Origin: Haliotis rufescens
Lineage: Eukaryota
NCBI RefSeq assembly: GCF_023055435.1
Contig: NW_025964386.1
Location: 372,001-436,000, forward strand
Direction of reading: 5' to 3'
DNA length: 64,000 nucleotides
Shown here: positions 12,415-26,579 of the stretch, piece by piece
How the letters are laid out: the number at the start of each line of letters is the position of its first letter
Position numbering within the stretch: position 1 is the stretch's first letter
Notes under the pieces: model-generated
Seen by the model: only the letters and a program-made list of their open reading frames with translations
Databases searched by the model: none
What the model was told of the DNA's origin: nothing
Made by a program: the position numbers and the translations under genes

Positions 12415-13031
12415 AAAACAGACGTCGGTTAGAAGAAATCCCAGTTTTAATCTCACAGCAATGACATTAGGAGGATATTCATGTGGATAATTCATGTTGG
12501 CTTTAACTAACTTAATGTTGTTTACACAAGGGTTGTTAAACACTGTCAAATACGGACATGTATTGTGGTAAATAAACAACAGAAAAACAGTGTGAATCTC
12601 TGTGTAGCAGTGCCTCGTATTATTCTTAATACTGACTTTGAAATCGCTTTACACATTAAGCAATAATTACTGAATCCTTGATCTTTCACGACAAGCTGTA
12701 TATCCGTGTCATGCGAAACGTAACCTTGTTTATTAAAATTGTGTTTCGAGGACCGAGTATTCATGAAATGTATTCTCAACCAATTAATATACCATGTAGG
12801 TGTGTGACGAATGTTCGCCTGGTTGTTGGGGGCGTGGTTACCTCCGCACTAATTGCAACCAGTGTGGGGAGACGTGAAATAAGGGATTCAAGATTTGAAT
12901 TCATACTATTTATTAACGTTATAGGTGTACAGGCATAATCATCACGTGGTCTATGGCGCTCCTTCTTGCTGTTGTTGCAGGCATTTGACAACAACGTTAA
13001 ATTCCAAAGTCCAAGGGTAGGGCCTTTGTGT

Positions 13032-15308
13032 TTAGCCGTGAACTGGAGATGAAAGGGAATATTACATCACATTCAGTTTTGTCAAAGTATTGGTTGGAGA
13101 TATTAACAGAAAAGGCTAATGAATAGGCTAATGATTATTTATGACAAAAACAAATAAAGTAGTAAAACCTAGATCTATAATGAACATTTCTATCTAAAGC
13201 AAAAAAATAACAGATAAGACTTTACTTAAGTTGATGATACTGACCATATACGACCCCGAGACCTATACCGCCGAGACTTGGATTACTAGGAGAGATGGCG
13301 TAAGTACCACATCCCCCGAAGTGTAGTTCCGTGTCGTAGAAGTAGTCGTCGTTGAGATGGTCAGTTGTACTTAACATTTTGGCACCCGAATTCCACTGAT
13401 CCGTCAAAGGATGATGAGGGTTCACCCATCCTGTCCTTGAAGGCGAACGCTGATTGGGATTCGTATAGAAGGTGAAATAGGCATTGGGGTTTCCGTCACA
13501 ATTACTGAATGACTGGTCAACTCCATTTGCGTTGTATCCATGCACGAAACCTTTCGAAAGGAGGACTTTGGGATGAAAACCCAGGTATAGATAGGGACCT
13601 AGATTCGGGTTGTGTGGGCTTGTGTAGAGTGTATATTCATTGACCATGATGCCAAGAGGTAGGAATAAAAACCTATCAAGCTGAGAGATTGTGGATTCGG
13701 ATTGTGTCGTGTTGCTCCACTTTGCAACAAAGCTGACTTTGGACTTAGTGTTTAAGTGGAGACTTAAATCCTCTGTTGTCAATGTGGCTGCAGCGGATTT
13801 GGAAAAGTAGGTGATAATGTCACTGCTGCTGAAGCGGCACCAAACTCTGATGGTACTGCCATTGTTAGTCCTGAGAGTATACTCGCCGCTAGCTGTGCCC
13901 GGTGCAACATTGTAGATGTCATGACATGCTGGAAAAATAATTGTAAATTGACTTCTTTTTGAACAAAAATAGTACTGAGCGTAGAACATGTATGGAAACA
14001 GATATGCTCTTTGAGATGGAAATAATAGTGACACAATCATTTCCGTAGTGATAAGAAATCTTTCCTGAGTACTGTACGATTCCAAACATTTCATATGCAT
14101 GTGTTTATGAATGACTGTTAATTAATGATGATATAAGGTATTCGCGGATCGGTTAAAGTATCCTAACCCACTTGTCACAAACACATACAAAGGCAAGTCA
14201 ATTGGTCACCTGTATAAATACGCGGACACATGAAAATTTAGCAGTGTCCTCGACATTTCTACCAGAAACTGTTTTTAAGGCTTTAAGAAGGCCTGGCATG
14301 TTGTGACTCAGAACAAACAACTTTTGTTTAAGGATAGTAGCAGTCGTAAATGCTGGAATATTGCGGGACAAACTTGACATCGTCCCTCGTCAGCGAGCCT
14401 GGCCACCCGATCCCATTGGGCTTCCTTTACGACAACCACGGATTGAAGACTATTTATAAACCGGATATGCGTTGCAATCTAATGCAAACGTCTCGGTATT
14501 CATATCGATAATGTACTATGTATTCTGTCCAGCTGAACTTAAGGAAAACCAGCAACAACCGGGTCAAATGCTAATGTTACAAACAAGATCGGTCTGTAGG
14601 AGAATTGGGAGTGGTGAACAAATACTTACTGCGGATGTCATGTTGACAGATGTCTCCCATATAGCCTGGTTTGCACGCACAGGTCTGTTTTGTGCCCCCA
14701 TTCAAACAATCAGTTCTCTGGCCCTATAAAATCAAAGCATTTCAATATTAGTAAGTTAGATTTAACGCCGCTTGGAATAGTTATATCACAGCGTATCACC
14801 TTTGTTTCAGATAAATAAACAGATGGTAAACCCTCCTCCCAAACAAGATTCATCAGAAGATGACAAATCCCTCGGGCCCAAACAGTAAGTATCAATAGTA
14901 ATAAAGATTCCTCTTTTCATACCTTTTCAAAATGAACAAAATATACGGCATGCACAACACAATGTCTATTAGGTGGTCGCTCCCTTAACTATCATTACGC
15001 ACTTACACTATGAAGGTCGCTCCTTTAACTATCATTACGTACTTACACGATGAAGGTCGCTCCCTCAACTATTATGACGTACTTACACTATGGAGGTCGC
15101 ATCCATTACTGCCATAAAGACACGCCAAAGATGTTGGGAGTCCACATCCCTCACAAACAACAACACCATTCTGTTGGCAGTTAGGTGTGGCGGGACAAGG
15201 GTTTCGGTCATTCTTTGAATCTGTACACGGGAAGCACAGTATCAAAAGAGCGCAAAGGACACTCAGTGTTGGAAACATATCGGGAGGGAAATTGTTGCTC
15301 CAGATCAT
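13032..15308 (-). CDS. Gene copy B: predicted secreted Cys-rich/EGF/unknown-domain protein, 336 aa
   Basis: Exons 15308-15087, 14723-14630, 13928-13245, 13042-13032. Intact splice sites and frame. Confidence 0.83.
14972..15101 (-). repeat. 40-bp splice-donor minisatellite, 3 units (copy B)
   Basis: Same unit as 4661-4870. Confidence 0.9.
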
Positions 15309-16142
15309 CGGACGCCTTTACGACACTTCTTCAACTGCAACATGAAATGTAAAATGAAAATAATATGCACATATGTAGTTGAATCTGATCATTTCCCTGT
15401 TTTGTACATTGTAAACGTGAACATTAAAACCCATCCTAATACCACCAACCGCACCTATTAACTGTTTTAACTGTAAGCATCTAAGCAATTGTATGCAAAT
15501 ATCGAGCTGATACGGTAAAAATAACAATTCGCTTAAAGCAGTGACCAACTGCTTGTTTATGCCTTACAGAAACATTTGGAGTAGGAACTAACATCTCAAT
15601 CCAACAAACTGTCCATGACTATTCCAACATCGTCTCTGCCTCGAACAGGCTTCATTACCAATGTACCATCATGGCAATTAGCATTCGCTTTCATGGTTCG
15701 GAGAATGAGAAACCCAAACATTTCTGTTGAGGCCTCGAAGAAAGGTGACGCACTTTCTGAGCAATTAACCTTACAAATAGTGAACTCAATCCCTCAAGAT
15801 GTTCGGAAGGGATGAATAACATAAGCAGAGCGCAATTCATTATGGGAATGCTAAATTTAACAACTGAAACCTCGCACTGATACGTTTTTAATTCAATTAA
15901 GAGTTATCAGGTATAACGGGTAACGTTACTCTACAGGTCATACAGGTCATTGCTTTTAGCCTTTTAACATGAATATTCATGTATTCACTATTAACAAGAA
16001 TGAAGTAAGATTTCTGACTTTGAACTAGCAAATACAAGTGACAAAATTTAATGTTGATAGTATCAATACACCCATTAAAGATAAACTTTAAAGATAAAGA
16101 ATCATATGTTATTTTAGGCAACAACACAAAGAAAAGGCTTAC

Positions 16143-16278
16143 CTTAAAGTAGAAGCAACGTTGAGTAACTTGTGCCTTCCAAAGTTTATTACAGGAGCAG
16201 AGTGATTCGACAGCTCTGTCCTGCTCTTATATAACCCAAAATGTTGACGAGGTAGAACGCACAGTTTGCTCTGATTGG
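16143..16278 (-). promoter_or_regulatory. Predicted promoter and non-coding exon 1 of gene B
   Basis: CCAAT, TATATAAG, Inr and GTAAGC donor, as in copy A. Confidence 0.7.
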
Positions 16279-18062
16279 TCAAACTGTATGTTTATTGTTT
16301 AATTAATATCTACGGCTAAAAATGAATTGACATAAGCTTTCCTTTCATGTGTTGTTCCTCGGATTTAACATTGCTCACAAAGTTAACCTAATGAATTGAT
16401 ATTGGAAGGAGACTTGAATTAATTTAAACAAAGAAGCATAAAAGAAGTAAACTCATTGTGTATGCTAATGAAGGCGCCCATTTGCGAGGGGGATTAAAAG
16501 TGTGACACGTAGCCACCACGGTTTACCCTCACTTTGCCAGCAGCTTGATGTTTACAGCTAGAAGGGATAAGTGGTTACACCTGACTGAGCGTGAAGGTCC
16601 AATTTATTCCCCGTGTAATTCTATCCGGGGTGTACAACCATGAACTATATCTAGCCTAAGAATGTCAGATTCAAGTATTAATTGCAACACATTCAACAGT
16701 CAATAAATATGTTATATTAACTAAAACACACACCAAAAAAAAAGTTTTACATTCATCTTTTATTTCACACAGATATTTGCAACATTTTACATTCATATTT
16801 TATTTCACACAGATATTTGCAACATTTTACATTCATATTTTATTTCACACAGCTTCCAAAGTCAAACAATATATGAAACATATCATCCAATTTATAGTCC
16901 GACAAGATGTGAGACATTGTCTCCATAGATCAGGGGGGTTGTGACACCTGTCACAAGTAGTCTCTTTTGCTGCTCTAACCTTTCCTCTAGCTGGCGGTAC
17001 ACCTTCTTCTTGGGTCTAACACTTCCACCTGCATTCAGCTGCATCACCGTCAACTCTGCAAATTTCTCTTCGGACTTGATCAGGTTCACAAACAATATAA
17101 TATTTAAAAAACACTGCAAAACAGATATTACTCATTAAGTAAGATTCTCTAAATCTGAGAAAAATGTCACAAATTCAAATAAACCTGACATTGAAAAATA
17201 AAATAAACCTGACATTCAAAAACACTGCTATGCTATGCCTTGAATGCAAGGATTTATATATGCAAACATATTATTTTAGTAAGAAAATTTAAATTGATTA
17301 CTTACTGTTAAGTTCCTCTTGAAATATACTAGGCACTGGTCTGTGGTCTGTTCGGACAAGGTCCTTCATATTGGCAATGAAAGTATCTACTTTCAGTCTA
17401 GCAGGATCTCGAAGATCGTATTTCAATAACGCAATAAAATAGTTGAATTAAGTTAAAATGATTTACATTATGTGTCATTAAACTTGTAAGAACACCTGTA
17501 TGTATTTGCGAAACAAAAACATGAGTTTTGAGCAAAGGAAAATATTCTCACCCATGGGCCAAAGCTTTTACGCGCCCCTGGGCGAAATATTTCAATATCG
17601 CTATAAAATCGTTGAATTAGGTTAAAATGATTTGAATTTTGTGTCATGATACTTGAAAGAAATACATTTATGTATTTGCGAAACAAAAACAAGAGTTTTG
17701 AGTAAAGGAACATATTCATGCCCATGGGCCACTCTTCGACCATGGGCAGGCCCATGGGCAGGCCCATGGGCGACATAGTGTAAATGTTTAGTTTTTGAAC
17801 AATTTTTTATTCATTTTTTCTTCCTTAGTATGTTCCCTTGAAAACAGCATGTTTAATTTTGTAATTACCTTTAACCGAGACTGGGCATATACCGTAGAGT
17901 TTCTGGACTGTTTGGGTTTCCAGAATTAAAATTGGACGTTTTAAAAGATAAAATGTACATCAATCCATTAAAACGGGATTAACTGGGTAGTGACATGATA
18001 TTAAGAGAGTGTGTGACAATGACGCTTTTACATTTGTGTTAGTAATACAGCTAACTTATTAC

Positions 18063-20291
18063 ACAGTGAATCATTATTCATTACATAATTAAACTGGTCA
18101 GCTGGATCAAGTTATAGGAAGGAGGGATCTAAACTAGAAATAGAATGAAACAAATTAAAACGTAGGTATGAGTAAAGCTCACAAGTTGCAAGAAAGTGTA
18201 TTTCATCTTCTATTTAGTCTATTTATTAAAAGTGGTACAGGTTTTGTGTATCATCCTAATTCAATCTCTAAAGGTAAGGTTCCACAACGAAAGTTACTAA
18301 AAATACTTCTTTCGTATCCATTAAGTGAAGCACTGACATACTTCTCGATATAAAAATCAGTTTTAAATCGTCTATACGTTCATAGCGTATTACCATTTAC
18401 TAAATTTCTATCATTCCATAATTCTACAAGCCAGTTATTATAATCAATACACATTAACCACTGTTTTGCAGAATCAATCAGCTGAGGATATGTCAAAACA
18501 TTTGACAGGGGTAAAGCCCAGTTTTAAAGAAGTGAATATGTAACATTATGCCAGGATTTTCTAAACTTAAGCGACCTTGTTATTCACAGATCTAACAATG
18601 ATGGATTGCTGTGCTCTATGTAAACGGCGCCGGAATCTGAGAACCTCAACATGTTGTTTCCTCCACCCCATATCCCAACACCTTGGTTGAACAAGATTTG
18701 CATAAAGAGTATTAAAAACTTCATAAGGTAGTCCACCAACTGATTTAAATTTGCAAATTATTACATCCAAAGCACGACTTGCAGATTTCATTCGCTGTAA
18801 AATTAAGATTAAGGTGTTAATGAAACCATAATTCAATATATTTATAAGCTTCTGTTTAATCAATGACATTATCGTCATCGAAATAAAATGAATAATCTGA
18901 TCTTAAACATGAAGCTTGACGGAAATGAACAACTTTAGTTTTATTTCTGATTAACTTTTAATTGCAATGCAGAGTACCAATTGGCCGCACGTTCAAGCAT
19001 ACGCTGTAAAAAAATGTTCATTAGGTGCTTTTAAGGTTATATCATCAGCATATAACAAAAGGCTAAGTATAGCATCACCAACGTTAATACCACGACGTAA
19101 ACTATTAACATATTCTAGATCATTAATGGAAACCGAAAAAAGTGTCGGCGACATAACGCAACCTTGTCGCACACCGTAATATGCAGAAAATACATCAGTA
19201 TTGAGATCATTCACTCTTACACAAGATTGAATGTTATCATACATGGGTTGAACAACATTAAGGAACCTACCACTGATGCCTAAACGTTTCAATTTATACC
19301 ACAGGGACTGTCTATGGACTTTATCAAAGGCCTTCATAATATCAATGGAACAAACAAAAGTGGACTGTTTTGATTGTTTACGGTTATTAACAACTGAATA
19401 TAATGAATAAATATGTTCTTGGGTACTACATTTTGAGGGAAAGCCATTTTGCTCGTTAGCTGAAATTTCGTTATTTTCTAACAAGGTATTTAATTTGGAA
19501 TTTAAAATGTCAGTACATTTGACAAGGAATTGATAGTAGGGAAATTCCTCGGTAGCTGAGGGGATCCCGAGGATTTGTATTAGATTTTCCTAATTGGATT
19601 ACCAACACTAAGTTGCCATAAATCAGGGCAAATACAATTTTCAAAAACCATATTTTCAAAACAGTTTCCACAAAATATCAATACATTTGTTGTTTTTCAA
19701 AGCTTCAGCCTGGAGTAGGTCATTACAAGCAGCCTTACCACGTTTAGCACGTGTTACAGCACGTTCAACCTCAGCACGCGCGATAGCTGCATCAAGGTAA
19801 TTAGTGTCAAGTCCTACGTCACAGTTGACCACATTCTCTGGATCAGCTTGATCAGAATTTTAACAATCAACATTAATATGCTTTGAATACAGAGAACTAT
19901 AGTCATTTTTCCATTTTTCTAACACATCATCTTTATCTGTAATTACAACATCATCATCAATAATTTCTAGTTGAATACTGCTATTTCTGTCGTTTGATAT
20001 GCCTGTTTTGCCAATGGTCTTCTCTGTTTAAACTTTACTAGTAGGCGTGCTTGTTCATTACGTTGATAATTTCTTTGACATTTTCTTAAAAGTTTATCAA
20101 ACACTTTACGTTCAGCAACGAACCTGCCCTTTAAGGTTTGTAGGAAGACCGTGCCCTGGGGTTGCTGACTCTCTGACTGGCAGGTAGAGCCACGTTATCC
20201 AGCTCCTTGTGCATGGAAGCAAGTAAATCAGAATTAGGCAAAGCTGTGTCCCTTTTTGATATGTATAAATGACTTTGGTAAATACATTCGT
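18063..20291 (-). mobile_element. Degenerate LINE ORF2 fragment, unit B
   Basis: Paralog of 7820-9990; RT ORF 18993-19484. Confidence 0.88.
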
Positions 20292-22248
20292 GTCGAAGCT
20301 GTGTGTTTCCATATATAAATAAATAGTGCAATTTACAATTATCCAATATGCTATACATTATATATATTATACTTAAATATTATAATAGGTTAGCATAAGC
20401 TTTATCTTATCACATAATGATAGTATACTATACAATATCCTTACTTCTTAAACTATCAACATTTATACTGGTGTAGCACCATCTCTTGTAACATTAAAAT
20501 TTAATCGTTACATACCTCGTCATTTTATTTTTCAAGTAAGCCTTTACAAAACTGCATGTAATTTCACCCAAATCTACATTAAAAACCAAAAAAAGGTTTC
20601 TGATTAAATTGTTACCTTCCTTGTAAGTTTATATTTCAAGTAAGCCTTATGAAACTAACACTGAACCATTTCGTATACAGAGTACATACAAAAACATACC
20701 AAAGGTTGTCAGTATCAGCTTAGTACATATTATATTAATGATACCTCATTTTAGAATGACTATATTAAGTATTTACATTACTAAGTTCTGTAACGTCAAG
20801 TCCACTAATGTCTTTTAGCATATTAGTCACGAAAGGAATGCTTTATACAAGCTTTTCAACATCAACATACTTGTACATATACACAATAATATATTTTCAG
20901 TTTAAACATAATTTCTTCTCATGAAAATGATTAGGCACACGTCATCACAACTTAGAACGTCTTTTCACATTGATTTACTTGTATGCTTATTTACAAGTTA
21001 ATCCACTGAATGACAGAAAGGAATGAAAAGAAATAGAGAAACAATGTACATTCACATTGCTCACTCAAACCTTTTTGTTTTCTTTATATATGTATGTACA
21101 TTCCTAAAAATGCTTTCGTTCACATAATTGGGTACAATTGCATCAATCCATGTTTCTGGCTAATTTAGATAAAGGACATAAATGAAAACAATTATATGAA
21201 TTTTCTCATTTTGGATCTTCGTTTAAACCTTTTCTAAATAAGTCATAATTTATTCAAAAGACACAAATCAAAGTTCTGAGTTTCAACAAGCAAATACAAG
21301 TGACACGATTCAATGTTCATAGTATCAACACACACATTAAACACTAACGCAGGCGCCCATTGGGACAGCTATGTCCTGCTCTAATATTACCCAAAACATT
21401 GACGAGGTATAACGTACACTTTGCTCTGATTGGTCAAACTGTATCTTTATTGTTTAATATCTACGATTAAATTGACATATATCTAATTTTCAAGTATTGT
21501 TCCCGGATTTAACAAAGCTCACATAGTTAACCTAGTGAGACTTGAATTAATTTAAACAAAGACACATGGTGTGATTAAGCCCTTGTGTATTCTGATGAAG
21601 GCGGATATTTGCTTAAGGGATTAAACTGTTACACATAGTGACCACTCTAATTACATGACAGGCTTGGCTTGAGTTGCCGTGACGCAGCAGTGACACTGAA
21701 TGTTGACTTCGGCAAAAACTGTGTAACATTTTGTATAATAGAAAATAGACCAAATATATAAAGCATAATTACATTTGATATGTTATCAAATATCAAACTT
21801 TCTTTTGAGGAATAATAGGGCAAATGGCGCGCTATAACAATACTTACACAGTTTAACGCTTACATGTATGTGTTTGCTAAGTAACTGTAACTGCGATTGA
21901 CCAGTGGCGAAAGCTGCAAGATATATTTTAATTGTACTTAGCAAGTTGCAAAAATACAGTTATGCTTTGTTCAGGTTAATGTGTACAAAATATAAAAATG
22001 TATCGAGAAACCCATGCACCATTATACCCCTATCACCAGTACAGCGTATACATCTACTGCCAGAAAGTTTAATGCAACATGAAATGTAATATTAATGAGT
22101 AAAAAATCCATGTAAATTAAAAGCTACAAAAAAACACCCATAATCATAAGAATTCGCAACTAAAATCAGAACCCATTGTACGATTCCGACTAAATCGTAA
22201 GTATAAGTTGTTAATCACTTCCTCATTCACACGTGTGTAATGAACACA

Positions 22249-22715
22249 TACACTCTTCAAAAAAGGAAACGCACAAGTGGATTTTTAGTTAATTTATTGT
22301 ACATAATAAAGTCGATATATTTATATAAATATGAAATTTTGGAGCTCGATAGTCACATATTGTCGTTGTACAAAGGCATTGAAAAATGTTCTTTGTCATG
22401 TCACATTAGGCCACAAGAATGCGCTGAACTCAGTATCTACGTGTGACCGCCCCGGGCAGCAATCACGGCTCTGCATCTCCTCGACACTGACTGGATAAAT
22501 GTACGGATTCTGTCCTGCGGAATTCTGCGCCATTCTGCTTGTAACGCTTTGACCAGTTGTGGGAGTGTCTGCAGCGTGTTCTGACGTTGACGTATACGTC
22601 GATCGAGTTCATCCCAGAGGTGTTCGATTGGGTTGAGATCTGGATATCTCAACGGCCAGGGTAAGCCGTTGATGTTTGCATTATGTAGGTAGTCTACAGT
22701 GACACGAGCTGTGTT
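22249..22715 (-). mobile_element. Tc1/mariner fragment, unit C
   Basis: Matches the unit B copy. Confidence 0.85.
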
Positions 22716-23332
22716 AAAACAGACGTCGGTTAGAAGAAATCCCAGTTTTAATCTCACAGCAATGACATTAGGAGGATATTCATGTGGATAATTCATGTTG
22801 GCTTTAACTAACTTAATGTTGTTTACACAAGGGTTGTTAAACACTGTCAAATACGGACATGTATTGTGGTAAATAAACAACAGAAAAACAGTGTGAATCT
22901 CTGTGTAGCAGTGCCTCGTATTATTCTTAATACTGACTTTGAAATCGCTTTACACATTAAGCAATAATTACTGAATCCTTGATCTTTCACGACAAGCTGT
23001 ATATCCGTGTCATGCGAAACGTAACCTTGTTTATTAAAATTGTGTTTCGAGGACCGAGTATTCATGAAATGTATTCTCAACCAATTAATATACCATGTAG
23101 GTGTGTGACGAATGTTCGCCTGGTTGTTGGGGGCGTGGTTACCTCCGCACTAATTGCAACCAGTGTGGGGAGACGTGAAATAAGGGATTCAAGATTTGAA
23201 TTCATACTATTTATTAACGTTATAGGTGTACAGGCATAATCATCACGTGGTCTATGGCGCTCCTTCTTGCTGTTGTTGCAGGCATTTGACAACAACGTTA
23301 AATTCCAAAGTCCAAGGGTAGGGCCTTTGTGT

Positions 23333-25609
23333 TTAGCCGTGAACTGGAGATGAAAGGGAATATTACATCACATTCAGTTTTGTCAAAGTATTGGTTGGAG
23401 ATATTAACAGAAAAGGCTAATGAATAGGCTAATGATTATTTATGACAAAAACAAATAAAGTAGTAAAACCTAGATCTATAATGAACATTTCTATCTAAAG
23501 CAAAAAAATAACAGATAAGACTTTACTTAAGTTGATGATACTGACCATATACGACCCCGAGACCTATACCGCCGAGACTTGGATTACTAGGAGAGATGGC
23601 GTAAGTACCACATCCCCCGAAGTGTAGTTCCGTGTCGTAGAAGTAGTCGTCGTTGAGATGGTCAGTTGTACTTAACATTTTGGCACCCGAATTCCACTGA
23701 TCCGTCAAAGGATGATGAGGGTTCACCCATCCTGTCCTTGAAGGCGAACGCTGATTGGGATTCGTATAGAAGGTGAAATAGGCATTGGGGTTTCCGTCAC
23801 AATTACTGAATGACTGGTCAACTCCATTTGCGTTGTATCCATGCACGAAACCTTTCGAAAGGAGGACTTTGGGATGAAAACCCAGGTATAGATAGGGACC
23901 TAGATTCGGGTTGTGTGGGCTTGTGTAGAGTGTATATTCATTGACCATGATGCCAAGAGGTAGGAATAAAAACCTATCAAGCTGAGAGATTGTGGATTCG
24001 GATTGTGTCGTGTTGCTCCACTTTGCAACAAAGCTGACTTTGGACTTAGTGTTTAAGTGGAGACTTAAATCCTCTGTTGTCAATGTGGCTGCAGCGGATT
24101 TGGAAAAGTAGGTGATAATGTCACTGCTGCTGAAGCGGCACCAAACTCTGATGGTACTGCCATTGTTAGTCCTGAGAGTATACTCGCCGCTAGCTGTGCC
24201 CGGTGCAACATTGTAGATGTCATGACATGCTGGAAAAATAATTGTAAATTGACTTCTTTTTGAACAAAAATAGTACTGAGCGTAGAACATGTATGGAAAC
24301 AGATATGCTCTTTGAGATGGAAATAATAGTGACACAATCATTTCCGTAGTGATAAGAAATCTTTCCTGAGTACTGTACGATTCCAAACATTTCATATGCA
24401 TGTGTTTATGAATGACTGTTAATTAATGATGATATAAGGTATTCGCGGATCGGTTAAAGTATCCTAACCCACTTGTCACAAACACATACAAAGGCAAGTC
24501 AATTGGTCACCTGTATAAATACGCGGACACATGAAAATTTAGCAGTGTCCTCGACATTTCTACCAGAAACTGTTTTTAAGGCTTTAAGAAGGCCTGGCAT
24601 GTTGTGACTCAGAACAAACAACTTTTGTTTAAGGATAGTAGCAGTCGTAAATGCTGGAATATTGCGGGACAAACTTGACATCGTCCCTCGTCAGCGAGCC
24701 TGGCCACCCGATCCCATTGGGCTTCCTTTACGACAACCACGGATTGAAGACTATTTATAAACCGGATATGCGTTGCAATCTAATGCAAACGTCTCGGTAT
24801 TCATATCGATAATGTACTATGTATTCTGTCCAGCTGAACTTAAGGAAAACCAGCAACAACCGGGTCAAATGCTAATGTTACAAACAAGATCGGTCTGTAG
24901 GAGAATTGGGAGTGGTGAACAAATACTTACTGCGGATGTCATGTTGACAGATGTCTCCCATATAGCCTGGTTTGCACGCACAGGTCTGTTTTGTGCCCCC
25001 ATTCAAACAATCAGTTCTCTGGCCCTATAAAATCAAAGCATTTCAATATTAGTAAGTTAGATTTAACGCCGCTTGGAATAGTTATATCACAGCGTATCAC
25101 CTTTGTTTCAGATAAATAAACAGATGGTAAACCCTCCTCCCAAACAAGATTCATCAGAAGATGACAAATCCCTCGGGCCCAAACAGTAAGTATCAATAGT
25201 AATAAAGATTCCTCTTTTCATACCTTTTCAAAATGAACAAAATATACGGCATGCACAACACAATGTCTATTAGGTGGTCGCTCCCTTAACTATCATTACG
25301 CACTTACACTATGAAGGTCGCTCCTTTAACTATCATTACGTACTTACACGATGAAGGTCGCTCCCTCAACTATTATGACGTACTTACACTATGGAGGTCG
25401 CATCCATTACTGCCATAAAGACACGCCAAAGATGTTGGGAGTCCACATCCCTCACAAACAACAACACCATTCTGTTGGCAGTTAGGTGTGGCGGGACAAG
25501 GGTTTCGGTCATTCTTTGAATCTGTACACGGGAAGCACAGTATCAAAAGAGCGCAAAGGACACTCAGTGTTGGAAACATATCGGGAGGGAAATTGTTGCT
25601 CCAGATCAT
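23333..25609 (-). CDS. Gene copy C: predicted secreted Cys-rich/EGF/unknown-domain protein, 336 aa
   Basis: Exons 25609-25388, 25024-24931, 24229-23546, 23343-23333. Coding sequence appears identical to B. Confidence 0.83.
25273..25402 (-). repeat. 40-bp splice-donor minisatellite, 3 units (copy C)
   Basis: Same unit as 4661-4870. Confidence 0.9.
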
Positions 25610-26443
25610 CGGACGCCTTTACGACACTTCTTCAACTGCAACATGAAATGTAAAATGAAAATAATATGCACATATGTAGTTGAATCTGATCATTTCCCTG
25701 TTTTGTACATTGTAAACGTGAACATTAAAACCCATCCTAATACCACCAACCGCACCTAATAACTGTTTTAACTGTAAGCATCTAAGCAATTGTATGCGAA
25801 TATCGAGCTGATACGGGAAAAATAACAATTCGCTTAAAGCAGTGACCAACTGCTTGTTTATGCCTTACAGAAACATTTGGAGTAGGAACTAACATCTCAA
25901 TCCAACAAACTGTCCATGACTATTCCAACATCGTCTCTGCCTCGAACAGGCTTCATTACCAATGTACCATCATGGCAATTAGCATTCGCTTTCATGGTTC
26001 GGAGAATGAGAAACCCAAACATTTCTGTTGAGGCCTCGAAGAAAGGTGACGCACTTTCTGACCAATTAACCTTACAAATAGTGAACTCAATCCCTCAAGA
26101 TGTTCGGAAGGGATGAATAACATAAGCAGAGCGCAATTCATTATGGGAATGCTAAATTTAACAACTGAAACCTCGCACTGATACGGTTTTAATTCAATTA
26201 AGAGTTATCAGGTATAACGGGTAACGTTACTCTACAGGTCATACAGGTCATTGCTTTTAGCCTTATAACATGTATATTCATGTACTCACTATTAACAAGA
26301 ATGAAGTAAGATTTCTGACTTTGAACTAGCAAATACAAGTGACAAAATTTAATGTTGATAGTATCAATACACCCATTAAAGATAAACTTTAAAGATAAAG
26401 AATCATATGTTATTTTAGGCAACAACACAAAGAAAAGGCTTAC

Positions 26444-26579
26444 CTTAAAGTAGAAGCAACGTTGAGTAACTTGTGCCTTCCAAAGTTTATTACAGGAGCA
26501 GAGTGATTCGACAGCTCTGTCCTGCTCTTATATTACCCAAAATGTTGACGAGGTAGAACGCACAGTTTGCTCTGATTGG
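26444..26579 (-). promoter_or_regulatory. Predicted promoter and non-coding exon 1 of gene C
   Basis: CCAAT 26575-26579, TATAAG 26527-26532, GTAAGC donor. Confidence 0.7.

Larger units (their letters stand above)
10470..20770. repeat. ~10.3-kb tandem segmental duplication, unit B
   Basis: Constant offset of 10301 to unit C (e.g. ORFs 12136/22437, 13222/23523, 15072/25373). Confidence 0.95.
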
